From the NCBI GenBank assembly GCA_973851085.1, contig OZ316775.1, positions 15,748,001 through 15,812,000 of the forward strand: a DNA stretch of 64,000 bases, read 5' to 3'. Of this stretch, positions 40,412 to 52,768 are shown one piece after another. The notes under the pieces were generated by a model that made no database searches, was not told the origin of the DNA, and was given only the letters and a program-made list of their open reading frames with translations. The position numbers and the translations under genes are program-made. The stretch's first letter is position 1. Every line of letters starts with the position of its first letter. Source of the stretch: Ptychomitrium polyphyllum. Lineage: Eukaryota.

Positions 40412-43400
40412 CTAAGGGATCTCGAATAACTTCTTCAACTTTACCACCAGTCTCCATTCCTCTGTGGTGAGGTCGTCCTGGACATTCAAAACAAAGTCAT
40501 CAGTCTTGTCACGTCCAACTTGAGTTTATAGTCGAAACATAGAGATATGAAGTCCCAACAAGTGGTAAAATACCACTAATTTTGAATGAATGCGAAAATG
40601 CTGTTGAAATGTCTGCATAAAAATGATTCGTTTTTCCTTTCTTTAACCAATGAGGATCATCTTTCAGACTTTTAGCGACAGTAATCATTAGCTTAGTGTT
40701 AAAATTAGAATAAAGGTGAATCGGTATAAAAATGAGGGAAAAAGAGTTTAGAGCTTGAACTCACCCGATAATTCTCCTTCAGAAGATCAATAGATCTCCT
40801 CGTGATGCGACTTACAAGCTCATCTTCCAAGTCAAAATGACGGCCAAACATCCTCGAGTTCTCCTCAGCATTGGTGCCAACAATCTGTACGACCATCCAA
40901 GTACTTTAAAAAACCGAAATACATGACTGATCTTTCTGATCAAGCATACAATCACTAAAAGACTGTCGACGTGGTATTCATATCAAACTGATCGGGAATT
41001 GGTTTTCTAAGTAGCAACACACCGCCACGTCTCTAACCTCGTTTAGAATATAAGACATTTTCCACGCCTACGTTGAAACACAATATATACAGGAGCTCCA
41101 CATCATGTTACTTACTTTCATTGCAACTGTCTGGCCCTTCTTAGCAGTATCGACGACCTTGTGATTAATCTCCATGGAAGCGATCTTGCCAATGTCAATG
41201 CCATCTCTTGAAGGAATACAAAGAGGTGTTCCAACCTACACAGCATATCTCGACAGTCAGAAACCCAAACTCAGTGGCATGAGCGAGGAAGCACGGAGAC
41301 AGAGCTCCACAATCTGCAACTGTGAAAAAGAATCCTCCAAAACACAGGCTTGCAGCAAAGGCGAACCATGCAGGCGTACCTTTGCAACACCATCCAGGAT
41401 ATCCACTCCAACCACAATTGGATCTTTCTTGTTAAAGATGCACTGCGGCAAGATTTTCATCACACAAGGGAATACGGCTTCCTCGGAAGCATCCTTCCGC
41501 TTTTCTTCCTTGACAGAGTTCATATATGCTGTGAACTGATCAAAAAGATGGTATATAATATCTGCGGTGAAAATACGAACCCCAACTTCTTCTGCCAATT
41601 CCTTAGCCTCAGTGGTTACCTGCAGTCAAGGTAAAGAACTTAGTCATGATAATTGTGGAACTGTAATAAAATTAAATAAGGATAACGAGTGATACACAAT
41701 GTTATCAGATTAGCATGTCAGAAACATGTCCAAGGTCAATAGTACCAAGACCTCGCTTTATAACTAAAGAGAAGATTTCCCAATCTTCACAACAAGGTTT
41801 TCTAGAACTGGACCCACTACAAACATTTACAATGCAGTACCTCATCTCCGAATGACTGGCAGAGCACGACATGCAAGGACAATATTCATGTTCGGTAACT
41901 TCTGAGAATGCTAGACCGCGCTGTCCAAGACTTTGAATCTAAGGTTCGAACAACCTTAGATAAACCGAGCGTGATCCGTAGGACATGATAACAAGAGTAC
42001 CTAATCCCAACCAAGCAGAAAGTGTCTCTTTAAGGAGATCAGGGTTCTAAGAACTGAAACATACCTTCACATCAAAAGCCAGAATTGTTGCAAACTCCTT
42101 GCGTTTTCTTTCCAGCATGACGCTAGCACGCATAACATCTTTCTTGTGCACTGGACCAATACTAATACCACTCACAGGAATCTTCACAGCCGGACTCTTC
42201 AAGAACTCCAAGAGAGCCTCCAATGACCCAAGAGTAGAGGCTTGCACGCATACACCTTCACCACTCTTGTCAATTCTGCTCATCACATTCCTAATGTCTT
42301 GCATTGCTTCATCTTTAATGTCATCTTCGTCATCTTCAGGACCAACAACATACAGTTGGGTACCAGCAATTGCATGCTCCAACCCCTGAAATGAACATGT
42401 CCAGAGCATTCAAGTGTTAAGTCCCTCGAAGAAATTACTCACTAGGTACAATATAGCCTTGATGAATCAAACATTTTCAACATAACCTGCAAACATTTAA
42501 AACTGCATAGTTCATGTGGAGGATATTTATAAAGATGTGCAAAATACAACTGCCATCTACCCAACCACAACGATACCTTCGAACTTAACTATCTAGAGAC
42601 ACTAGTTGTATGCCACCCCTTTCTACACTGAAAAGTATGATTACCTGAGCTGTAATCTTGATACCCTGGGCTGCCCTCAACTCTTTGTGATGTTGGTATG
42701 AGCCCTGCATCATACAACAATTAAGCAAATATGCTAAAAAAATTCAAGAGATGCGCTAATGGGTTCTCCGGTTACTGTCCAAACCATTTGATCCTAGCAT
42801 ATCGATTACTAAAATGACAATAATCAAAGAACCGGGAAAACGGAGTTCTAACCTTCACACGAAGCTCTTTCATAGGATGTGGAGTCAACAATGCTCGGAT
42901 AGTCGATACAATCGGACCCTGAACAAATAGGAAAACAAATCAAGCTAGATGAGAGGTTGCGAAATTCACAAGAAGCCATACCAACACCTATGAAGCCTAG
43001 AGAGCGTAGCAGGATGTAGAAGAGTGATCTTTGTGCAGCATCCTGCTAGGCTCTCTAGCCATAGATGGTTCAAAAAACACAAAATATACAGACAGGTGCT
43101 TCTGGTCGACATGGCTCACATGATAAAAATATATGCGAAAACGACTAACACTTCTTCAATAAAACAAGAAATTGGGCGAATATGACAAACCTGCATGCCG
43201 CAGACAACTATTTTATCACCTTCGTGGAGTACACCATTCACCAAAACCACATCGATAGTTGTTCCCAATCCTTCGACCACTTTGACCTCCAAAACTGTTG
43301 CCTGGAAACCGGACACCACTTTAAATGAATAAGAAAGACACAACCAGAGGAACTAGCTGCAAGTCTCAAAGACAGAAAGCACCTAATATCACATGGTTAC

Positions 43401-46400
43401 ATATGGCCAACTTTTCAAGTCTACGACAAAACGCATATAACCAGAAACAGAAGACTATAAGAAAACTCTAACAAACTTAATTCTCAAGAAAAATGCATTA
43501 CAGAAGTAGATTTTACAATGAGCGCTTCCTGTAAAGAGAAATCACGAAACATTCCAATCAAACCCAGTCAATAATCCATAAACAACCGTGTCTCCAAAAT
43601 GGCATCTACAATGTAGGAGAGGGTTCACGTTGGTGCAAATATAAATAGATTCTAGACCTTCACTCACCTGTACTTCGCTGATGTACATCAACTTATCCTC
43701 CATCAACTTCTGTGTTAACTGGACCAACAGCATCAAAATATCTGGAACACCCTCCCCACTGCAACACAACAATGTTAACAGAAGAACAGATCTGGCACTT
43801 AGCTGTACCACATAACATATGGACAATGAGTTGTGCTTTGTGACTCCAAAGGGTATACCTTATTGCAGAAGTGGGAATGACGCTAATGAATTTCCGTAGT
43901 TCCTTATTCTTGTAGTACAGCTCAGAATTCAATCCCTGCTCCTTCAATTGTGTAGAAATCTAGACAACAGATACACATTAAGAGGTCAGAGAGATTCCTC
44001 TACAGCAGCTGAGGGTTGCAATCGGTAGTAACGCTCAGCTCCCTGGTCGAAATGAAAGACACATACCAGACACTATTAGGAGGAACAACGATATGACCTT
44101 CAGAACATTTTCAAACATCAAGGTTCCATAAGTAAGGATCAAGACTCTTGATCAGGAATCCTGCAACCCTTTTCAAACACTAAACAGACCTTCCATCATC
44201 GAGTAAAATGGAATCTACTCAAAAACTGAAAAAACTAAAAAACTAAAAATCTACCCACTAAAGAATTAACTTACTTGTGCAACGCGTTGTTCGAATTCTC
44301 CCATCACATCCTTTGATTGTACTTTAAAGGCATTCCTAATAGGTGCATTGGGGCAACTCTTCCACCCATATAATCTGTCCACCTGTTGATGAAAAAAACC
44401 ATAAAAAGAACTTATAAATCCTGAACAGCCTGACTAAATAACCAAAACTAGCAACATCAAGGAGCAGTAAACGGCAGAGACGTGTCTATAGGCTTCTACT
44501 AAACAAAGTAGCGCCGTCAAACCTCTATTAGACCTTTATAAGGCGGACGTCACTAGGTGACTGCTAACAACTGGAACGGTAGTGCAGAACACCAAATCAT
44601 ACCTTATTCAAGGCAACCACAAAAGGGGTATGTCGCGCTTTAAGAAGATTGAGGGACTCAATGGTCTGTGGCTCTAAGCCATGCATGATGTCGATGACAA
44701 GAATGGCAATATCACAAAGACTAGAGCCTCGAGCCCTCAGGTTCGTGAAAGATTCGTGGCCTGGTGTATCTATAACAAGAAGACCAGGAACCCTCAATTT
44801 GGCATCTGCTTTAAGCTCTTTCGTTCTTTCCCTGATATTCTCCATTGGAAAATATGTAGCTCCTATCTGTTGTGTAATACCACCAGCTTCTCCCTCTTGT
44901 ACATTTGTTCGCCGAATGCAATCAAGTAGCTTGGTCTTGCCTGCATATGTTCAGAACAAATTTTGGTTATTTTACAACACAACTGCTCATGCTGCACTCA
45001 CATTTGAAAACTTAGAAGGAAACAACCAGAAATACCAGAACAAAAAAATCAACAGACATCCATGATAGAGCCTTCCATATACAGCACACCACTCATCAGC
45101 CCTTAAAATTAAAATAAACTACTGATTTGTAGCAATCAATACAAATATCAATTACCTGTGTCGACGTGGCCCAAGATACAGCATATCGGTGACCTCAGAT
45201 CCTCTGCACTTCTCTTCTTCAGAGCCTCTGCCCTTCGAGCTTCTCTCTTTACCTTTGCCTGTTGACGTTTCTTCACATCCGCATCATCCTCACTATCTTC
45301 ATCCTCATCATCCTCATCTTCTTCTTCATCCTCATCCTCACTTTCAACAACCTTCTGCTGTGATTTTGAAGGAGGTGCAGGTTTTTTCCTTGGAGAAGAA
45401 GGTCTAGTAGCAGCTGACGGGGCACTTGGAGGAGGGACTGAAACCTGTCCAGCTTTGACGGGGCCATCGTCAGCTTCTTCTTCAGCAAACGCACTTTTAA
45501 TTGCAGGAAGGTTTACTTCTTCGAAGCTTTTGGCATCCCAGTCCTCCTCTTCCTCTTCCTCTTCCTGAAAATGAGCCAAATCTCATTCAAAACGAGAACC
45601 AAAGACAATAGAACTGTAAGGTTACTGATAGCAACCAACTATCCACCGCAACCTCAGCCTCACAAGACAGGTATCTTTTACTGTGAACAAGTCAGTCCTT
45701 AACAAATAGCACATGGTAAGCCCGTGTTTCAATGAACAAACCCCGTGCCACCACATCCATAGACAGAGTTCTTGAGTAGAATTGACAAAAAACTATCTAA
45801 ATACACCTTCCTGTTGTCCATATCAAGTTACTCAAGGTTAGGTTACCTCCATTGCAGCTACTGGTTCGGGTTCCGGCTCTGGCTCTGGCTCTGGCTCTGG
45901 CTCAGGCTCAGGCTCTGGCTCGGGCTCGGGAATTGGAGGCTCTGCCATCTCAACTTCTTCAGCAAGAGGTGCGGCTTCGACTGCCTGTCCTGCTCCAGGT
46001 GGCTTGCGCTTTTTCTTGGTTTCGTACTTGGGTTTCCTGGGAGCAGAAGACTCCTCCCCTGTGGGGCTGTCCTGATCTGTGGTGATCCCAAACTGCTCAC
46101 GCATAATAGCCAACCGTCGAGCCTCTTCCTTTTTCTTTCCTGTGAGCAACTTCCCATCCTTTTTCTTCTGCAACAGCTTTTCCTTTTCACGCTCCTTACG
46201 TCTACGTTTCGTTTCTTCTTTCTCTCGTTCCAACTCCTCCAGCCTTCGTTGCTCGTCCTCTTCTTTGCGTCGTTTCTCCTCGTCCTCTGAAAGAGGTCAA
46301 GATTACAACAGTTCGAACTTTTAAGAATCATCAAAACGATAAAACCAAACCAAACTTTATCCCTGATTTTGCCATAAACAATTTGACCTTTCAAGTTGCT

Positions 46401-49293
46401 TGTGTAGGATGAAATATCTAACTTTAGCCAACCATACCAAATTTAAACATCTAGAGTGGAATGCTTCTAAAGTCAATAAATGAAAATCTAAAACTCTTTT
46501 TCTTTTCTTTTTTGGTTTTGGTTTTGCGAACATAACCGTATGGATAAGTATGAAATAATTCACTGTGAGCTAAAGTTGAACTCAAAAATCTTTACAAATT
46601 ATCCATCGACTAGGCTTCAAGTCATAGCTGAAGTCACACAAGCGTCTGTCAATAAGCATCCATACCTTGTTTTCTCTTCTCTTCTGCTTCTTTCATCCGA
46701 GCTAGCCGCTCTTGCATCTCTCGCACATGCTTTGGTACGGCCTTCCCTTTGCCTTTGGTTTCCTCTACTTTGACGGGAACTTTCTTCTCCTCGACTATAA
46801 TTTCCTCTACAGGTTTATCGACTGTATTACAAAGAAGTTAATGACAACACAAATGATCGGTTCCCTTGCACCCAACTACTAAACTAAATAATGTAACACA
46901 GTCCTCCAGACAACAAACAAATGCACAAATGCAGATGTAAGCAGTCACACATGCAAGAGTCTGAAGATGTTGGACCAAGCGAAATACAAATATAAAAGCA
47001 CTTGAGGTTCTCTAAGTACCTGCTCCAACCTTTGCTGCCTTCTCCTTCTCTTTCTTTTTCTTCTTCTTCCTCGAAGCTGCTGATTCTGCAACTTCTTCTG
47101 CATCAGGAACAGCAGCTCCAGCAGCGGAAGACATTTCCACAGCTATCGGCTCCTCTGCTTCAACTGGCACAGGTGATGCCGAAGCAGGGACAACAGCCTC
47201 TGGAACGGAAGAAATAGAAGCAGGTTTGCTTGGGCCTTCTAATTCTGCGAGAATAGCATCGAGGTCTTCTTCTTCTTGTACGGTTCGACCACTCTTTTTC
47301 GCTTTCTTCTTTTGTTTACCTTTAGGCTCTGCAGGAGCTGCAGCTGGTGCTACAGCTGCATCAAATACATAACATGTAAAACAGTGTTGCCTATAAATAA
47401 TGAAATTCTGACTTTGAAGACCAGATATGTAACAGACGAACTCAAAACATCAAATTCATAGATCGTGAGAATCATCTACGAACATGTGCTCCAAGGCAGA
47501 CTCGTAAAACGAAGTAACCGAAGATTGAGAAACAGAGAGCCTATAGCTTCATAAGGTAATATGTGGACATGGTATCTCAAGATTCATCTAACATTTTGCC
47601 ATTATTGCCAATCTCCGTGGAATTGTTGTAGCTCACTAGAACTCCAGAGTGCACTCCAGGAAGAACCCGATCTTTGCAATTCGATACCCCAACATCATTA
47701 AAAACCAATTACCTTCAATCTTGTGCCCTCCAAGCTCTTCAATCAAAGCTTCGATGTCCTCATCATCTTTCGAGGTCTTCTTGTCCTTCTTCCCCTTCTT
47801 CCCTTTCTTTTTGCCTGCAAACATGACAGTCTCCTTTTCGTCGTCGTCATCCTTTTCGTCGTCGTCATCCTTTTCTGCATCATCGAGAGAAGGCACCATT
47901 GGGCTGACTGGGGCTACTTCATTATCCGACGTATCCTCGCCCTCATCCAACAGACTAAATGCCGACTTCGTGGCCGCCCCCTTCTTCTTGTTGCCCTCCT
48001 TCTTAGCAGCAGAGAAGCCCACAGTTTCTTCAGTTTCTTCAGCTTCAGCTTCAGGGTCCAAAACAGGATAATCGTCAACTAACTGCTTCTTATCTTTCTT
48101 CCCCTTCTTCCCCTTCTTTTTTCCAGCAAACATAAGAGTCTCCTCTTCCTCATCTTCGTCCTTTTCCGCTTCATCAAGAGCAGGCACGGCAGGGCTCACT
48201 GAAGCAACTTCACTATCAGACATATCTTCATCTAACAAACCAAATCCCCCTTTCATTGCTCCTCCCTTTTTCGTGTTGCTCTTTTTCTTAGCAGCAGAAA
48301 AATTCACAGCCTCTTCAGCTACTTCGACATCAGCTTCAGGGTCCAATACAGGATAATCATCAACTGATTGCTTCTTATCCTTCTTTCCCTTCTTACCTTT
48401 CTTTTTGCCTGCAAACATAACTACATCTTCTTCCTCAACTCCATCATTGTCTACCTCGTCGAGAGAAGGCGCAACTGAAGCCACTTCATTATCATCCTCA
48501 CCCTCATCTAAAAGACTAAATGACGCCTTCTTCGCTCCCCCTTTCTTCTTGTTGTTCTTCTTCTTTGCACCTGAGAAATCCATACTTTCTTCCTCCTCCG
48601 CTTCGGCTTCCGCCTCCGGATCAAATTCAGGATAATCGTCTAACGAGGGCTTCTTGTCCTTCTTCCCCTTCTTCCCCTTCTTCTTACCTGCAAACATTAG
48701 ATCCTCCTCTTCCTCGCCTTCATCCTTCTCCGACTCGTCAAGAGACGGCACCACCGGGCTCACCGACGCCACATCATCCTCATCCAGCTGACTAAATGCC
48801 GCCTTCTTTGGCCCTCCCTTCTTCCTATTGTTCTTCTTCTGTTCCAACACCTGAACAGTACCACACTCCCCCTCTCAGAAATACAATCCAGCCATACCAC
48901 AGCTAATTCAAAAGCAGCAAGGAGCTCCCACCAACAACCAAATTCTCACAAACAAGTGCACCAGCACAAAACCAGAAACCTCCCCTCGATCTCCACTCTG
49001 CACAAACCCTAACAATTTTTCCTGGTGCAAAACACAACATCCGAGGACAAGAGCAGAAACCCTAGACAAACGAATGAGAAACAGATACACGATACGCGAG
49101 AAACAGCCGACCGACGCCAACACGATCGAAGCTGCAAAGCGAAACTAAAGACTGAACCCTAAAAAGCGGACCATGTCGTGAAAATTTGACAAAAATGACA
49201 TCCGATTGCGCGGTTCCGAGATTTTGAGATAAAAGAGGGCGCTGCGGGAGCGGAGAGCGGGAGAATCGAGGGAGGGAGCGGAGCACTGACCAT
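40412..49293 (-). CDS. eIF5B: Eukaryotic translation initiation factor 5B, multi-exon; first coding exon is only the ATG (49293-49291)
   Basis: [17 protein letters not shown] (G1), IDTPGHESF (G3), [45 protein letters not shown] and C-terminal [28 protein letters not shown] donor splices to CAG|GTG at 48850. Confidence 0.96.
45864..45932 (-). repeat. Hexanucleotide repeat encoding a (PE)n tract in eIF5B
   Basis: ggctct/ggctca/ggctcg repeats translate as [24 protein letters not shown]. Confidence 0.9.
47750..48845 (-). repeat. Four tandem ~270-300 nt (~90 aa) repeats in the eIF5B N-terminal exon
   Basis: [16 protein letters not shown] occurs four times, each preceded by KK..KKKG...F..LDE and V.SV.P..PSLDE-like segments. 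Confidence 0.9.
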
Positions 49294-51605
49294 GGCGGAG
49301 ACAGGGCGAGCGTCGACGGCGGCTGCGCTGATGCTTGCGGAAGAGAGCTGAACAGAGTTCCCCTCCACCCTTTGTAGCCCCCGCCTGATTAGTGCGTGTT
49401 TTAGTGCCTTCGTCTTACTACTGGGGTGGGCTGCTCACGACCTGGTCAGCTCGCTGAGACGCTGGTTGGGTGGGTCGCGGAGGACTCAGGGTGTAAGATC
49501 CACACGAAAAGCCGTCACCGCACCCAAAAAACCGACGTTTTCTATCGATAAACGTACATTCTCTCCGTCAAGTATATACAGGCAGCGTAGATTCTCACGG
49601 AAGCGTATACAGTGACGGAACTTCACTGTGTCTGAAATCGACAATATCTACGCCTGGTTTAATCTTCATGAAGCAGAATGTACCTTTACTGTAGAAAAGG
49701 ACCTTTCTAGGGACGGTGACGATTTTGGGCACGTATCCCGTATTGCTGGGTCATCCCCTTACTTGCTGAAGCTGTTACATTTTGGACGAGTATGGGCATG
49801 CTGATTCTTCCTCGTAGAATTTAGATGGACAGTAATACTGGCTGACAGCAACTATGTGCATCCACGTATTCAAGAATGTTTTAGACATGATACGATATAC
49901 TGCGGATGGAGGAGGAAATGTAAGCCTGAAACAATATGAAAACAGTTCGTATTACACATATTATACATAGAGTCTACCTTCAAAAGAAGACACTGAGGTA
50001 AGGCAGCTACCATGACAAAGATTCAGTGCATTTATAGAATGATGAAATACCACAAAAATATTCTTTAGGGATAAAACTTCAAGCAACCTAACTTTCCAAG
50101 CACCCAGACTTTGGATGATAGACAGATTAAAACTAGTATTCCCTTAGGTATGATTAGTAATTGTTTTCATCCATTGCATTTTATTTTATTCTTATGCTAG
50201 TTCGTTGACAATATTCTGGATTTGGATTTCTGCAACAATTTTGTACTGATATTTTACGAGCAATAAGTTGGAAATATGTTTCACCAAAAATTATAAGTTT
50301 ACTAGTTATAAAATTCAACACTTTAAATATTATATTATTAAGCTTAACAGCTTAAATTTTTAAACGTCTCAATTGTTAAGGAACTCACAATTTAAATCCA
50401 TCAAAGGAAATCTTAACAAGAAATCATCAATTTCTTTCCTGATAATGATTTCAAAAGAAAATTTAATTTAAAGTTGTTAAATCCTTAAAACTGTTAGTAA
50501 TGGAAAAAGTAAATCCAACCATATTCATTATTACTTACAAAATTTGTAATAATGTGCTTGTCAAAATAAGCATCAAAGTTGCATTTTGATTAATACATCT
50601 TTTTTTAAATTTTTTTTAATTCAAATTTCATTATAAAAGGAATTGAGGTTTTGAAAAAAATGCAAGTAAAACCATAATATTTTTATAATCATAAATTAAT
50701 TATGAAGTTCAAAAAGATGTAACCACCAAATTCTTATGAGCACCATTAAGTAGATGTCATGACCATCAAAATTAATTTTTTGATTGTCATTATGTACTTG
50801 CATAATCCACTTAATCCTACTTAAAACACTACCATATTAATAAATCACATCTATCACTATTATAACTCTTTGTTAAAAATGCAAGTCTAATTTTACACTA
50901 TCTAAAAAAAATGTTTCGTTATCCTATAACTCATCATATATTGATCCTACTATCATCATTTTATTAGCTTATTAATTATTATTTGTCGTTAATGTGCCTT
51001 CTTACTTATTAATAATGATGTTGGACATATTTTAAGACCTTGGTCATAGATAAATGGAATAAATAGGGTGATCTTTCTTAAAAATAATATACCTTTTTTC
51101 AATCATAATGGCTTCATTATTAACATTGCGGCCAACAAATCTTTAATTCACACTTGAAATTTATATTGAATTAAGTAATTTTAGCTCTCTTCATATGTAC
51201 AATGACATGTGAGGACATTATAAATGTTAATTTATATTTTGAAAAGCAAATTGGTCAACAATGATAAACAAAAAGCTAAAGAATGTTACATCTTAGTCAC
51301 ATTCAATCAAAATGTCATTAAGTTTTAAAAAAATATATGGTAATATAAAAAAAACAACAATAAAGTTTATTTTTGAAATTTAAAATGAAAACATTAAAGG
51401 TAATTAAAATACAAACAAAAAATGATTAAATTTTCTACATAAAAATTGTTATCCATTAAATATCTTTCAACAATGAAATGATATAAATTTTTTAACATTT
51501 AAAGACAACAACAACATTTATTAGCTCTCATTCTAGTCTTCATTTTGTACACATCAATAGTAAAAATTTGATTCAAGCAATTTTTATAACATTTTTATTT
51601 TTTTC

Positions 51606-51625
51606 ATATATATATATATATATAT
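51606..51625. repeat. (AT)n microsatellite abutting the retrotransposon insertion
   Basis: Read directly from the sequence. Confidence 0.85.
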
Positions 51626-51631
51626 CCATAA

Positions 51632-52110
51632 TGTTAGGGAAACAAGAACCAAGAGGCAGAAACAAAGTGTTTTCCAAAAATTAGCTTCCAAAGAGCTAAT
51701 GATTAACAAGAACTTGATACAAAGAGTAGAACAAGGCAGGATTCAAGATGATCCACAACTTGTGTTGCCAAGATTAAGGAATACCTTGTCTTGCCTCCTA
51801 CTTATACTATGACGTTCGTATCTCCTAGGATACTTCTAAAGAAGCTTCCTACAAGCCTTAAGAATGTTCTGGAAGTCTAGGAAACCTTCCTAAGGGTCTT
51901 CCAAGAAGTTGGAACCTTCTTAGGAAGTTTCCTAAAGAAGCAGAACCTTCACTAAAAGCTTCCTAAGGTAGTGGAACCTTCCTAGGAAGTTTCCTAAGAA
52001 TATGGAAACGATTATTGAGACATCTAAAAGTATTCTAAAAAGCTATTATAGTATACTATAAGGTTCTAGAATGTTCTAAGGACTATATTGCATGATCTAT
52101 GTCCGTGACA
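51632..52110 (-). repeat. 3' LTR (479 bp)
   Basis: tgttaggga...tgtccgtgaca; homologous to 57506-58015. Confidence 0.93.
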
Positions 52111-52768
52111 TCTCCTCTCCATTTAGCGACGAGTCCCATGAGGAGCTCTTTTCTTGGCTTGCTTATTACATTTCTACATATTCCAAAATTTGTCGAAGGA
52201 GTGAAGCAACATACTCTGCTCGTTGTTCTCTATTCACTAGTTCAACTGGTCCTTGCAAGAAGCGCCAATAGCCACCAACCAAGACTTCTGTTTGTTGAAA
52301 TGTCCCATCCCAAGATCTGATCTTGATTATGTCCTTCAAAACATCCTCCAAACACGATTTTGGGTCCTCCAGGAGTGATTCTTCCAATTTCTAACAAGAT
52401 GACTAGAGCGCGAGCATCTGAATGAAGACTAAAATGTGAAGGACGACTAGTCAATACTTCTGCACGAGGTCGTACTCGACATTGGGATGTCCCTCCCATA
52501 TCTTGACTTAGTTCCTCCGTTACCGAGGGCTGAGAAAGTTGAGTTGGCTCAATAGATGCTGTTGTTGATGAAGGCATGGCCGACTGCTCTTCACGCATAT
52601 CCATGATAACACGAAGATTTGACATACTGGCTAGGATCTGGAAGTGATCTATCTTGGAAATAATGCTGCATACAATTGGAGGTTTGGATATCTTTCCTCC
52701 CTTCTTATACTTGTCTATGAAGGAAAAACTTCTCTGTAAAGCTAACGGTTGCTGATGACACATCATCA

